Shown: positions 24,541-36,504 of the stretch, in pieces
How the letters are laid out: each line of letters opens with the position of its first letter
Position numbering within the stretch: position 1 is the first letter of the stretch
NCBI GenBank assembly: GCA_004431415.1
Contig: QPMI01000484.1
Location: forward strand, 124,001 to 188,000
DNA: 64,000 nt
Direction of reading: 5' to 3'
From: Cyanophora paradoxa CCMP329
Lineage: Eukaryota > Plantae > Glaucophyta
Made by a program: the position numbers and the translations under genes
Notes under the pieces: generated by a model
Seen by the model: the letters and a program-made list of their open reading frames with translations, nothing else
Database searches by the model: none
Told to the model about the DNA's origin: nothing

Positions 24541-27500
24541 ACCTCCTTAAGGAACAGTCCGCCTCGCCTAACTTGGCGCCCCTAACCACGCACCGGCCCC
24601 ATCCTGCGCAGCCCCCGCCCTCAATTAATCGCGGATTCACCAACTCGCGGGCACTAGCTAAACATCGGACCTACTCCCACCAACGCTCTGAAAATGCGCA
24701 CGAAAGCACGTCTACCCCCGCCTGCCCGTACCCCCCCCTCGGCCCCGCCGAACCCGCGATGGCGACGCCGTCGAACCCCATTCCTTCTCTCGGACAGCTC
24801 CCTCCGCAAGCGCTGGCGCTCCGAGTACGGATGCTCTCCGAACTTGGTCTGTACGCCGCCGCAACCGGTTCATGCAAACCCGCACCTCACTATCTCTCCC
24901 ACTCTATCGCAGCGCGCATCACGGACCGTCTGTATCCTCTCCTTCCTAGTCGCCCCTGGAGCCCGACTACAAACACGCTCTCGGTCCCCCACTGGTCATC
25001 CTTCGAGGAATGGACGGCCTGCTACTTCACCATTTTCCATTCCTTCCACGCCAGCCCGGGCCCGATCAGCGCGGCTACGTGGGACTCCATCGCCGACTGC
25101 GCCCGCTGTCGGTCGCTCCAGGCTCCCGCGACGAGCGCCACTTTACAGCTTCTCAACCCGGACATCTGCATAGTCTCTGCACGCCCGTATCAAGCGACCC
25201 GCGCGCTCCGTGCCGGGGCCGAGGCGACGGCACAACGACTCCTCGAACTCGCATGTGGCAGCGGAGTGGATTCCTTCGACAACCTTGACATTGACTTCGT
25301 ACGCCCCCACAGCCACCATGGCCCGTGTTTCGGCCGCCGCCGCTCCCCCCGCGAGGCTGCGGAGACTAGCTCCTTCGTCCTCGAAGTACGCACTGCTCAG
25401 GCCTTCTTCCGCGCTGCTCTCCTACCACGCCCGCCTTTGCTCATGTGCTCTCTCCTCCGGCAGAACGCCACGGCACTCACTGACGAACTGGAGGTGGGCG
25501 CCCGCCTGACACGCTGGGCCCGGGCGGCGAGCTCCCACCTCTTCAGCGACGACCTCTTCTGGGGCGACTTCGCCGACCCCGCCGATGTTCCTGAACCCGA
25601 CATCGCCCTCCCTCTCTCCCCCCTTTCGGCCCTTCTCTCCAGCCCCGCTCACCCCTACGCCATAATCCGCCTTTATACCGTTGGAGAACCAGCCCCCATC
25701 GACGCGCTTGCCGGCTTGCTCCGGATTTTAGCCGACCGTCGTGCTCCCCTCGACCAGCCGCCCAGCCCTGGCTACCACACCATACTAGAAGAAGCTAGGA
25801 CGGCGGCTTTCCTAGAACTACGACAATGGTCTGGCCGCTACCTCCCTGAACTGGGAGTTTCCGAAATCGCGGCCCTTGTCCCTCTTGAGACCGCCCGCTC
25901 CCTCTTCCATGCTTCTCTTCCTCTCTCATACCAGGCTACCAAGGCGGCGATCCTCGCGAGCTCCGCGGGTCAGCCGGCCCTCCTCCTCCACCACCCCCTC
26001 TCGACCCACATTGAACGCCACGACCTTATCTTCCTGGTCCTCCGCCTCTCTGACCTAGACCTCCCCGCCCCCGACCCCGAAACTCTTCGCCGCACTCTTC
26101 AAGCCCTCCTCGTCGGCCCCCCGGGCACCCTCGCTGCTCTCCGTCCCTCGGCCTCCTCTGTACCTCGTCCCTGGCCATCCTCGCCGTCCCATCCATTCTC
26201 TACGACCAGCTCCCTCCTCCCGCGCCCTACGCAGACCACCCCCCGACCCCGATCACCGCTCTCCTCCGCCCCATCCCCCGCGCCGCCCCCTACTATCAGA
26301 CTCCCAGCCCGTCTCTCGCCGCCTGGGAACTCTTCCGCAGCGACCGCCCCACCTATACCCCCCTCTCTCCCGCTGCTATCCAGCAGACAACGTGCCAACG
26401 CTGCGTTTCGACACCTGCTTTCCTCGCCAGCGCGGCCTGGCTCCACTCCACACGGCAGTGCCCGGTACGCCCCCCAGACCCCTCCCCCTCCTCCCGTGCT
26501 TACCCCGCCCCCAGCTACACCCCTGACGACCCCCTTCCCCCCCCTTCCTCCCCTCCCCCGCCCCGGAGTTACCCCCCCGAGCGTGTCCCCCCCTCACGCT
26601 CCTCCCTACCCGCTACACGCTGGGAACTGTACATAATGTTTCATACCCTTTTCGTCTCTTCCGTGACCAATCGCACCCGCACCACCACCTCCCGGCCGTC
26701 GTTGCATCCTCCTCGCCCCCCTGCCCCCCCAGCGCCCCCTAGCGCCCAAACTCCCACGCACATCGAGCCCCACCAGACCAGCAGCATCGTAATGCAAAAT
26801 TCCAAATTGCGTGGTTACAGCCGGCCGTGCCCCATCTCCTCCTGGCACAACGGGGACCGGACCCCTCCTTTAGTGAGAGTCCAGCAGCTCCACCAATACT
26901 CGAGCCGCGGCCCGCAGAGCCGCCCGTCGGGTGGGAAAGACCATCTGAGCAACGGAAGCGCTAGCGTTGAGGCGGCCCACGGCACACAGCCGCCAAGGAC
27001 ACCGCTCAGATCCACCCCCGCGCAGAACGGGCACTATCCCCTCGAAGCCTGCCACCTCCACAGCCTCCACGGTCACCTCGGTCGCCACCCGCAACAACGC
27101 CTGCACATCGCCCAGGTCCAACAACAACCTGCCGTGCGTAGCCGCGAAGCAGCGCAGCTCCACATCCACGAAATCACTGCTCAATTGCACGATGTAGTCG
27201 CTCTGCAGATACTCCTTAGCCCGATGCGCCACGTCGCCCACAACGGACATGTACTCGAGGCGACGCAGCACTTCAGCGTCCGGCTGCAGCCCGCCCTGCG
27301 CACGCGAACTCAGCCACGAACGCCGCTCTCACAGATTCCCGGCACGCACATGCCGGCACCTCCCAGGAAACGCTCTCCAGAGAACTGCCCCGATGTCCCG
27401 CCTCACGATCACAGGCCCAACAAAGCGCTCTTCCTCGTCCGACCCGCTCCCACTACCACGCTCCTCTACAACCCCGGCAGCCGGGACGGCTCTCACACCG

Positions 27501-29189
27501 GGGACTGCCATTCCTGGGGGAACCGGTACCCCTGCTCCCCTTACCCCCCCTGCTCCCTCCGTAGACTCAGCGAATCCGCATCCACACACCCAGCCCCGTG
27601 CAACCAGATGGGGGACTTTATCGATATCTATTACGAGCTCCAGCTCATTCTCCCGTCGGAGCATGCCGCCATGACCCGCCTACAGAAGCACGCGACAGAC
27701 CTGGCGAAGGACCCGGAGGCTGCTAGACATCTCACCAGCCTTTCCGTACAGCAGCCACGCCACCGCTCGTCCGCCACCACTACTCGCTTTCTTGGCCCGG
27801 TCGACAGCGCCCCCGTCACGCGTGGCACGCTGGGCTCCGCCACTTCGGCCTCCAGGAATTTGCACCGGCTCACGCCCAATACATAGCCGCAGCCATGGCA
27901 GCCGTGATAGAAACAGCGGAACGCCCGCTCACTACACTAGCCCCGTCTCCCGAGCCAGGCCTACAGCTAAACAGCCTGATCCTGTCGGCCCTCAGCGATC
28001 TCTTGGATCTCGCAGCGCTCACAGGCGATGTCTTCGCCTACGATGTCCCCTGGAAGCACCTCACAGCCCGTCCTTTCGCCTCACAGGACGCGATCCAAAC
28101 CTTCAAGAACGCGGCGTTCCGCCAAGGCTACATCAAGGTCGCAATCACCAAAGCCTTCATCGACCATGAGACCACTCTCCACGCGCTTCACCCGACCGGC
28201 ACGATCACGTCCAGCACGTACATCCATGCGGATCACCCGGGCACCGCCCGCACCGGCCGGTCGGAACGCGCCTCAATCACATTGGCCCTCGCCTTCCTCG
28301 ATGCGGCACTATCCCGTGCCCACCATCTTGAGAAATTCCTCCGCCGCGCCTTTTCCCTCCTTAACTGCCGTCAATTTCCCTACGCGGTCAGCTGCACCCC
28401 CTCCCCCGGCCCCTCACACCCGGTACTAATCCCCGCCTCAGACCGCTACCCTGGCTCCCTGGCTCTTTGGTCCGACCCAATCGACACCCTCACCCCCACT
28501 CCCAGCACGAGCTGACCCCGGCCCGCACAGGCTTCCCGCGCACCATCAACACCTTTTCCGGAGCACTGCGAGACCTCCGCCGCCACTTCGTCCCGGGCCA
28601 GGGCACCACTGCAGAATACCGCCAGGCTATCTTTGCCTCGGATCTCGCCCCTGCGACCCACACCCTCATTTTGGAAACGTGGCTGACCCTAGTCCTCCGC
28701 TATGGTATTAGCGCTGCAATCCAGAGCCGACCCCTCCCCGCCATCTTCCTCGCATCCATCCCTACCCAACTTGGGGACCTCCACCGCGGGTTTGCCCCAC
28801 CCGATTTCCCCAACACCACGTACTCCCTCTCACCCCCACCCACAGATGGACCCGTGTGTCCCCCCGCACGAAGGAATGGATCCGTCTTCTCTCAGGCGAA
28901 AGTCCCGGGGCCCGTCCCGCTCCCTCGCATCTCCCTCTAACCGACCCAGACCCCTTCACCCTCCCCTCCCCCCCTCGACTGTCCCACACTCTGCTCTTCC
29001 AATCCCCTGTCATGTTCGGAAACAATATGGCAATCCGAGCAGACACTGCCCTTTCGCTACTCCTCCGCGCCGTACCCGCCGGAATGAGCCCTGCACCCTA
29101 CCCGCCCCCGACACCCCGCACGATAGAGCCCCCACACGCCGGAAAGCCGCCGTCGCGCCTCTGCAAGCCGCCCGCCCCGCTTCCGATCG

Positions 29190-30460
29190 TGTCAGCCCCA
29201 GACGCCCTGCAGACGGCGGCCGGTCTCCCCGCCGCCCGCCACCGCACTAGGGCCGAAGCACCAGGGCCCCAATGGACGTCGGCGTCGGACCCCCGAACAC
29301 CACTCGCCCCGCCCCCGCCCGCGCCAGCCCCGCGCGACCTGCAGGACACCCTCAACCTCTCCGACGTGCAAAGCCGAGCGCGGGCCGACGGACCTTTGCC
29401 TGAAGCGAAACCGCCGTCGGGCCCTCGAGCGCCGCCCGCCCCACCCCCGCCCGCGCCAGCCCTGCGCGACCCACAGGACGCCCTCAGCCTCCCCGACGCG
29501 CAAAGCCGAGCGCGGGCCGACGGACCGGCACCTGAAGCGAGACCGCCGTCGGGCCCTCGAGTTCTGCCCGCCCCGCCCCCGCCCGCGCCAGTCCTGCGCG
29601 ACCCGCAGGACGCCCCAGCCTCCCTGACGCCCACAGCCGCGCGAGGGCCGATGGCCCTGCGCCTGAGGCGAGACTGTCGTCGGCGCCCGTGCTGACGGAC
29701 CTGGACCTGAAGTGAAGCCGCCGCCGGGCCCCCGCGCGCCGCCCGTCTCGCCCCCGCTCGCGCCGGCGCCGCGCGACCTACAGACCGTTGTCGGCCTCCC
29801 CGCGGCCCGGCGCCACACTCGTGCCGACGGACCAGGACCTGCGGTGAAGCCGCAGCCGAGCCCCAGCGCGTCGCCCGTCTCGCCTTCGCCCGCGCCGGCG
29901 CAGCGCGACCTGCAGGACGCGGTCGGCTCCCCCGCTGCCCCGCCCGCGCCCGTGCTGACGGACCTGGACCTGCAGTGAAACCACCGCCGGGCCCCGCGCG
30001 CCGCCCGCCTCGCCCCCGCTCGCGCCGGCGCCGCGCGACCTGCAGACCGCTGTCGGCCTCCCCGCTGCCCGCGCTGCGCTCGTGCCAACGGACCTGGACC
30101 TGAGGGACGCCGCCGCCGAGCCCCAGCGCGTCACCCGTCTCGCCTCCGCCCACGCCGGCGCCGCGCGACCTGCAGGACGCTGCCGGCTTCCCTGCTGCCC
30201 GGCGCCGCGCCCGCGCTGACGGACCTGGACCTAAAGTGAAGCCGCCGCCGGGCCCCAGCGCGCCGCCCGTCTCGCCTCCGCCCGCGCCGGCGCCGCGCGA
30301 CCTGCAGGACGCGGTCGGCCTCCCCGCCGCCCGGCGCCGCGCCCGCGCTGACGGACCTGGACCTGAAGAGAAGCCGCCACCGGGACTCAGAGCGCCGCCC
30401 GCCTCGCCTCCGCCCACGCCGCGCGACCTGCAGGACGCTGTTGGCCCGGCGGCTCGGTGC
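29190..30460 (+). repeat. Second array (~10 units) of the same ~130-bp repeat
   Basis: Same RDLQDA..PAARRRARADGPGP unit. Further diverged copies at ~18950-19600. Confidence 0.88.
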
Positions 30461-31659
30461 CGCGCCCGAGACGACTGTCCGATCCCTAGAGCAAACCTAG
30501 GGTTGCAGAAGTGTCCCGGAGGCCCGTCTGCAACGCCTCGCCCGTCGAACGCGTCGCCAGGCACGCCGCAAGAAGTCAATCCCCGTCGTGCTACTGTTGT
30601 CGCTGCCGCGCCACGCCGCGCTGCCCGCCTCGGCATTCAGCAGGCCGCGCAAGTACTCTCGCAGCTCAGTCGCCGTGTCTGCACCTGGAGCACCGTATGG
30701 ACCACTGTCGCTAGACCGCGCTACGGCATGCTCCAGAACTTGATCGCTGGACCGGAGCACGGAAGCCCCATCAGAGCCGTCGCATACCGCAGTGGCCGGT
30801 GGAGCATCCCTCCCCGGTCGGACCGTCCCAGGGCCCCGGACGAAACTGCGCCTACCGGTACCCCCACCGCGTGCCGTCAAAAAACTCCAACGCGAACAGA
30901 CTTTTTTATTCATTCGATTTGTGAGTCGGACAATGATTCGAAGCGGCCCAGTGCCTCCGCACTCCGCGATTGGGGCTGGAATAACTGCACTATAGCTAGT
31001 ACCACTAACCCCGCGTACGGCCACGTGCCAGGGCCTAGCTGCACCACCGATACTACCATTGCAGGTTACGCAGCTAGCACTGGCGCCCACGCTAGTGCTG
31101 GCCCCACCCACGCCGGCGCCTCAAGCTCAGACGCTGCGTTGCATGACGCCGAGAGCTGTCGTACGAACCACGCGTACGGATCAGGACGTGTACTAGCCAT
31201 GTGTACGGCTGCGTACCTCGCAGTCAGCCCCCGCGCTAGTGCCCACGTGCACGCTAGCGCTGGCCCCGCCGGCGCAGGCGACACGGACTCTGCGCCGCTT
31301 GACGTCGACGCCGGTCTCGAACCCCTGGGCCGGCGCCGGACTGCGCGCCGCGCCCCACAAGCCCAACGGTCCTTCAGCCGCCCGGCCCCTCTCCCCACAC
31401 GCCTCCTCCTCTGTGTTCTCCTCGCCGCCCTTGTCCCCGTCGCCCTTGCGGACATCGAGCCCAGCACAGCAACGGCCGCCGCAGTCGCTACCGCCACCGC
31501 CGCCCTCTCCTCTCCGACACTAGTCACGGCGGCCTCGTCCCTTCTAACATTATACCCGCCCTCTCTGTACACCGCTGACCGAATTGACGCCCGCCACCAC
31601 CGAGATGCGCTCCAGATCCCTGTCCTAGCACACCCCCCGGACGCGGCAAATGCGAAGCT

Positions 31660-32520
31660 GAACCTCCGCGCCCTCACGTGGAATATTCGCCGCTTGGAGG
31701 GGAAGGCGAGCGGCAACAATATTGCAACTAAATTTATCAGCGCAATTGACTATGGCCGCCGTGACTGGGACTGCCACTTTGTTGCTCTTCAAGAGGTCGA
31801 CATGGTCCCTACCGACCGCCCCCCCTCGAAGCCCTTTCCGCCCAATATCCGCGATCACCTGATTAAGACAGCAGTCCGCCGCCATAAATCTAGCTACCTT
31901 GTCTACTCTCCTCCATCCGCGGCCCGTCCTGGCACCGCCGGCTCCGCGCTGTGGATCTCAGCAAGCTATGCAGCGCACCGCCAGGCGGATTACGCGTTTG
32001 ACGGCCGAGTAGCCGGCGCTCGCTTTGACTTCCCGCGCACGCGCGAGCGCCTCATTGTCCTCTCACTCTACGTGCCGGACTGCGGGCACGACAATTTGCA
32101 AAAAGAGCTCCACGACCTCACCGAATACCTGACCGAGAAGGTCGCACCCGACATCCACGAACCTGACTGGCAGACGCATCTCCTGGTACTCGGCGATATG
32201 AATAGCACATACTCTCCGCGCAACGACCGGATCACCGGGGGCAACCGGCGCACTGAAACTACCCCCCCGAACTCCTACGCAGAAATATGGACCCTTTTCC
32301 GCGAGACCTGGGGTCTTTGTGATACCGGAACCCCGGGCGATTTCACACACGTGTCCCGCCACGCCGACTTTCTTGACGACCAGGGCCACCGCCCCCTCCT
32401 GGACGCCGCCCGCATCGACTACGCCCTTGCCTCCCCACTCTCGCGGCCCGATCACTAGGACTCGCACACTCTATGTCCCTGGCCGACCGTCCCCTTTACT
32501 CACAGCCGACCATCTCCCGT
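31660..32520 (+). CDS. APE (exonuclease/endonuclease/phosphatase family) endonuclease domain of LINE ORF2
   Basis: LTWNIRRL, ALQEVD, GSALWIS, LSLYVP, VLGDMNS, DFTH, ARIDYAL and (shifted frame) TADHLP: the full ordered set of APE motifs. Confidence 0.92.
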
Positions 32521-33010
32521 ACTTGCGACCTTCAAAACCGAAGGCGTGCTCTCTGCCCCCCTACGGAGCCCGCCAGCCCCGACCCCAACCTCTCCCTCCT
32601 CTCTTCAACTATGCCGCCAACCTGCACCCATCCGGCTTGCTTTCAAGCTCGCTGTCGAAACCTTTCTCAATAAACACGGCCAGCGGTATATCCAGCTCCT
32701 TCTCACTCCCGAGAGCAGCCCGACTACGCCCAACGCGCCACGAAATCCACCGCTCCCTCCTCTGTGCTATCGCCCAAAGTATCAAGTCCGTCGCCCACTC
32801 TCAAGAATTCTCTACTGCTAAAGTCCTCCAACACCGCGTCGCTGCCCAGGGAGATATGGCTAAGTTCAACCATCTATCTGCACTGGACGCTGACGACGAA
32901 CAACTCGTTGGCCGCGTTGGACAGGCCTTACACGACTGGGCGCACCAAGGCTCCACAGACCACCCGCCTGACGAAACTATCCGGGCTGTCCTCCGGGACC
33001 TTCCCAAGAC

Positions 33011-35050
33011 GTGACGGACATCCGAAAAGCTGCGGGCTCGGACACCACACTGGCTTTCTGCCCCTCCCTCCTCGCTTTCCCCGACCCTCCTAATTACCCT
33101 GAATTCGAGAATGGTACCATTACAGGCTCTGAAATCGCCGAGTACCATACTCAACTAAGTACATGGCACTTACAGGCGCGGGCCGCCCTGGACAATCATC
33201 GCCGTGCATATACCGAAGCCGACATTGCTCGCAATATTGACACCCGCCGCCACCTCCTGTCCCACTGTCGAAGTATGGGCCGGGCTATTCAACTCCTCCT
33301 CTCCCGTTTCCGATCCGCCCCCCGCCTATACCTCACCCGCACGGCAGCGGGACTACCCGAAGTGCTCACCGATCCCAATGAAATTAAACGCGCACATCTG
33401 GATCACTTCAAAAATTTCTGGCGACTCCGCAAGGCTGCTCCAAACCTGGATGCCATAGCTACGAAATTCGCGGACATAGAAAACGGCGCCTGGTTGGGCA
33501 GATTTTGGAAACGCCAGTACCGACCCCTTTCCCACTTCACCCCCGCCGTCTGGGACGGACTAATGGCCATGCCAGAGGACCCCGAACTCGATCGCCTCAT
33601 CTCGTCCCTGTCCAATGGCGCAGGCGGTCCTCCGGCCTCACGAACGGAATGATTAAAATGCTCTGGTCCCCCTCCGCCTCTCCAAGACGGAACGCCAGGC
33701 CTTAGCCGCCTCACACTCTACAGACGAGATCAACAGCTTCGAGTCCGCGGCTCACTGGACCACCTCGCGCGACGCCATCCGAGCTCTAGTTCAATCCACT
33801 CTTCTCGGCCACGTGCCCGACCACGCACTTCGCGGTCAAGTCTACGCTATCCCGAAACGTGATAATTCAGCAGATCTTGCCGATCTCCGCCCATCACCTT
33901 CAAGAAGTCACCTGGAAGCTGGTCACGGGCCTCCTGACCCACCGCATGGAAGACCGTATTGATACACATAACATTCTACGCGGCCGCAACTATGGCTTTT
34001 GTCGCGCGAATCTACCGACCCTGTTCTCTACGCCCTCCGATCCTCCCTCGAGGACGCGCACCAGTTCAAAAAGCCAATCTTCGGCGGCCTGGGGATATTG
34101 CCAGCGCCTACGACAGTGTCTCCTGGCATAGCCAAGAGCTCAGCCTTAATCGTATCCAACTCCACCTCCATCCTGAAGGGAACGATACATAGCCTCCACA
34201 AAAAAGCAGCTCAGCACCGCACGGCGTGCATCCTTACCCCCACGGCCGCACGGAATATTTTCAAGTCCCCTGCGGCCTCCCCAAGGAGGCATCGAAGCCC
34301 CTCTCACTGGCGCATTTTCTTCGACGCCGCTCTCACCGCCATCGAAGAACGAGCGACTCAGTCCAATTTCGGATACCAACTCGGGCCGCACCGATCTGAC
34401 CCTACCCGCCCCCGTTCCCCCGCCCACCATGCCCTGGCGAACCCCTCTACTTCCCCTCCGGTCCTGCCCACAGTCTCTGTGCTCGCATACGCCGATGACA
34501 CCACCATGCTTGCCAGCTCGGCTCAGGGTCTCCAACATATGCTTGACTGGCTGTCCGAATTTCTCCATATCCATGGCATGAACTTGAACGCCAAAAGACG
34601 GAAATTTTCCACTGGAAACCCCCCCGATCCGAAGCGCCAGTCAAGAGCAAATACTATGTCGGCGTCGGCGATTCCAGAGCTGAGGTTGGCCACATCCTCT
34701 CCCCCACAACACCATTCCGCGTCCTCGGCGTCCAGTTTACTGCGAACCTGTCTTGGACCCACCAAGTCCGTCTACTCAAGTCCCAGCTCCAGTCCGCAAT
34801 CTCCGTTCTAGCCACAAAGAAGATTACCGTTCACGAATTCCAAGTGATACTACACCGGGTTCTCTTCCCTAAACTGGCATACCCTCTCCGCATCATGACC
34901 TTAACGTCATCCCAATGCCAATCCCTCGACGCTGTCTGGCTCACCGCGGCCAAACACACGGCCAACCTGGCCCAGTCCGTATCCACGGCTGCCTTCTCTT
35001 CCATCTATCGCCTTCCCTCACTAGCCGTCATCCAACGTCAACAGCAGTGC
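33011..35050 (+). CDS. Non-LTR reverse transcriptase domain (frameshifted as assembled)
   Basis: GAGGPSGLTNGMIK, VYAIPK, QEVTWKL..RNYGF, DIASAYDSV, GLPQGG..PLHWRIFFD (after restoring single C), LAYADDTTML, GMNLNAK, FRVLGV, LFPKLAYPL. Confidence 0.92.
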
Positions 35051-36504
35051 GTCGACGAGCGCCTCCGCCAGGAACTAGCCTCTCACACATCATCACTCTA
35101 CGGCCAAATATACCGACAACGTGTCCTCGACACCCAGGCCCGATACGGGCTTCCCCTTCTCCCACACGAATATCCGAACCTCCCCTCGGGCCCTCACACT
35201 ACAGAAAAATATTACGCTTGCCATCACGGCAGACCTGACCTCCACTCCATCACATCCTCACAACGTGCGACTCCTGGACACATGGCCTCCCCTCCCGCCG
35301 ATCCCATCTTCGACGAGAATATATTATATCAACGCAATTGTCGCCCCTCACCCTCCAACAAGCCGGTCAGCGACTCTATCGCTGCGGCCTCCTCACAATC
35401 CGCGACATCACGGCCCTGACGGCTCCCTTGCCGAATGGTCCCTCCTCTGAGTCACGGCCGTGTCCCGGCATACTACAAACGTGCCCCCTCCTGGTGGACG
35501 CTGTCCGCGAAGAACTCTCTCTTCCCGCCCCTCCACCCGGTCCCCTTTCCTCCCCGCCACCCTATGCCTCCACCGCCCTCTATCCAGACATTCGTCGCTC
35601 TCTCCAAGCTAACGCCGTCCTTGCGGGACTAAACCTTGGCGATTTTGTATGGACATCCCAAGGCCTAGTTGGCCGCGTCGTTGGGAAACCCCGATCCGGA
35701 CGAACACCTGGACGAACCGGCCTCCGAGGACCCTGACGCGGACCCCAACTGCCCCGGGATTCAGAGTATAACTATGGGTGGAACTTGTCCATTACTGCCT
35801 CACCCCATATGATGGCCTCTCCACGCGCGACCCCGGTCTTTCGGCGCTTGAGCTCGACCCCGCTGGCGTGAACGCAGACTGGAATTCCAATTTGCCCTCA
35901 CCCAAAATACTGCGGCTCTGAACAGCTTCATCGCGAGCTGGGCCTTTCTACGACTGCTTGCCGATGGTCGAGTACGCATCCCACGTCCGCCGAATCCCGG
36001 CAGGCTCGTCGTGCGAATCGAAGGGCTGGTCTCCGAGCCTCTCCAATCTCAATAGGCCGGTGCCCACCCGCTCCCGGCAGCTGCCCGATTCCACCTCCGC
36101 CTTCACATGCTCCCACTCTAGAGGGCAGCATCCCCCCCGTGCTCAACCCACACGCGCAGCTAAAAAAGCCCGCCTTGACCCCTCCTCAGCTCCCCTCCTG
36201 CTCAATATGACCCGAACTCCCCCTTCCAACCTCCCCCGCGAAATCACACACATTGGCTTCATCGATCTCTGGCTCCGGGAAACTGACTGGTGGGACTCTT
36301 TCCGAGCGGAGGCCCAAGCTACCAATGTTGCCCTCGAGAGACGCCCACGCCTTACGACCCCCACATCACAAGCCGACCGCGCCTTCTATGAATCCACGGC
36401 CGGGCTCGACTTCCTTTTCATTACCTCCCGAGCCCTTTTCGCAGAGCTCTGCCCTACACTCCGCGCACTAAACTCCCCGCCCCTTCCCTCCGGAACTACT
36501 CCCC

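Noticed and set aside
22175-24643. Minus-strand ORFs over the repeat array
   Set aside because: Stop-poor shadows of the GC-rich tandem repeat.
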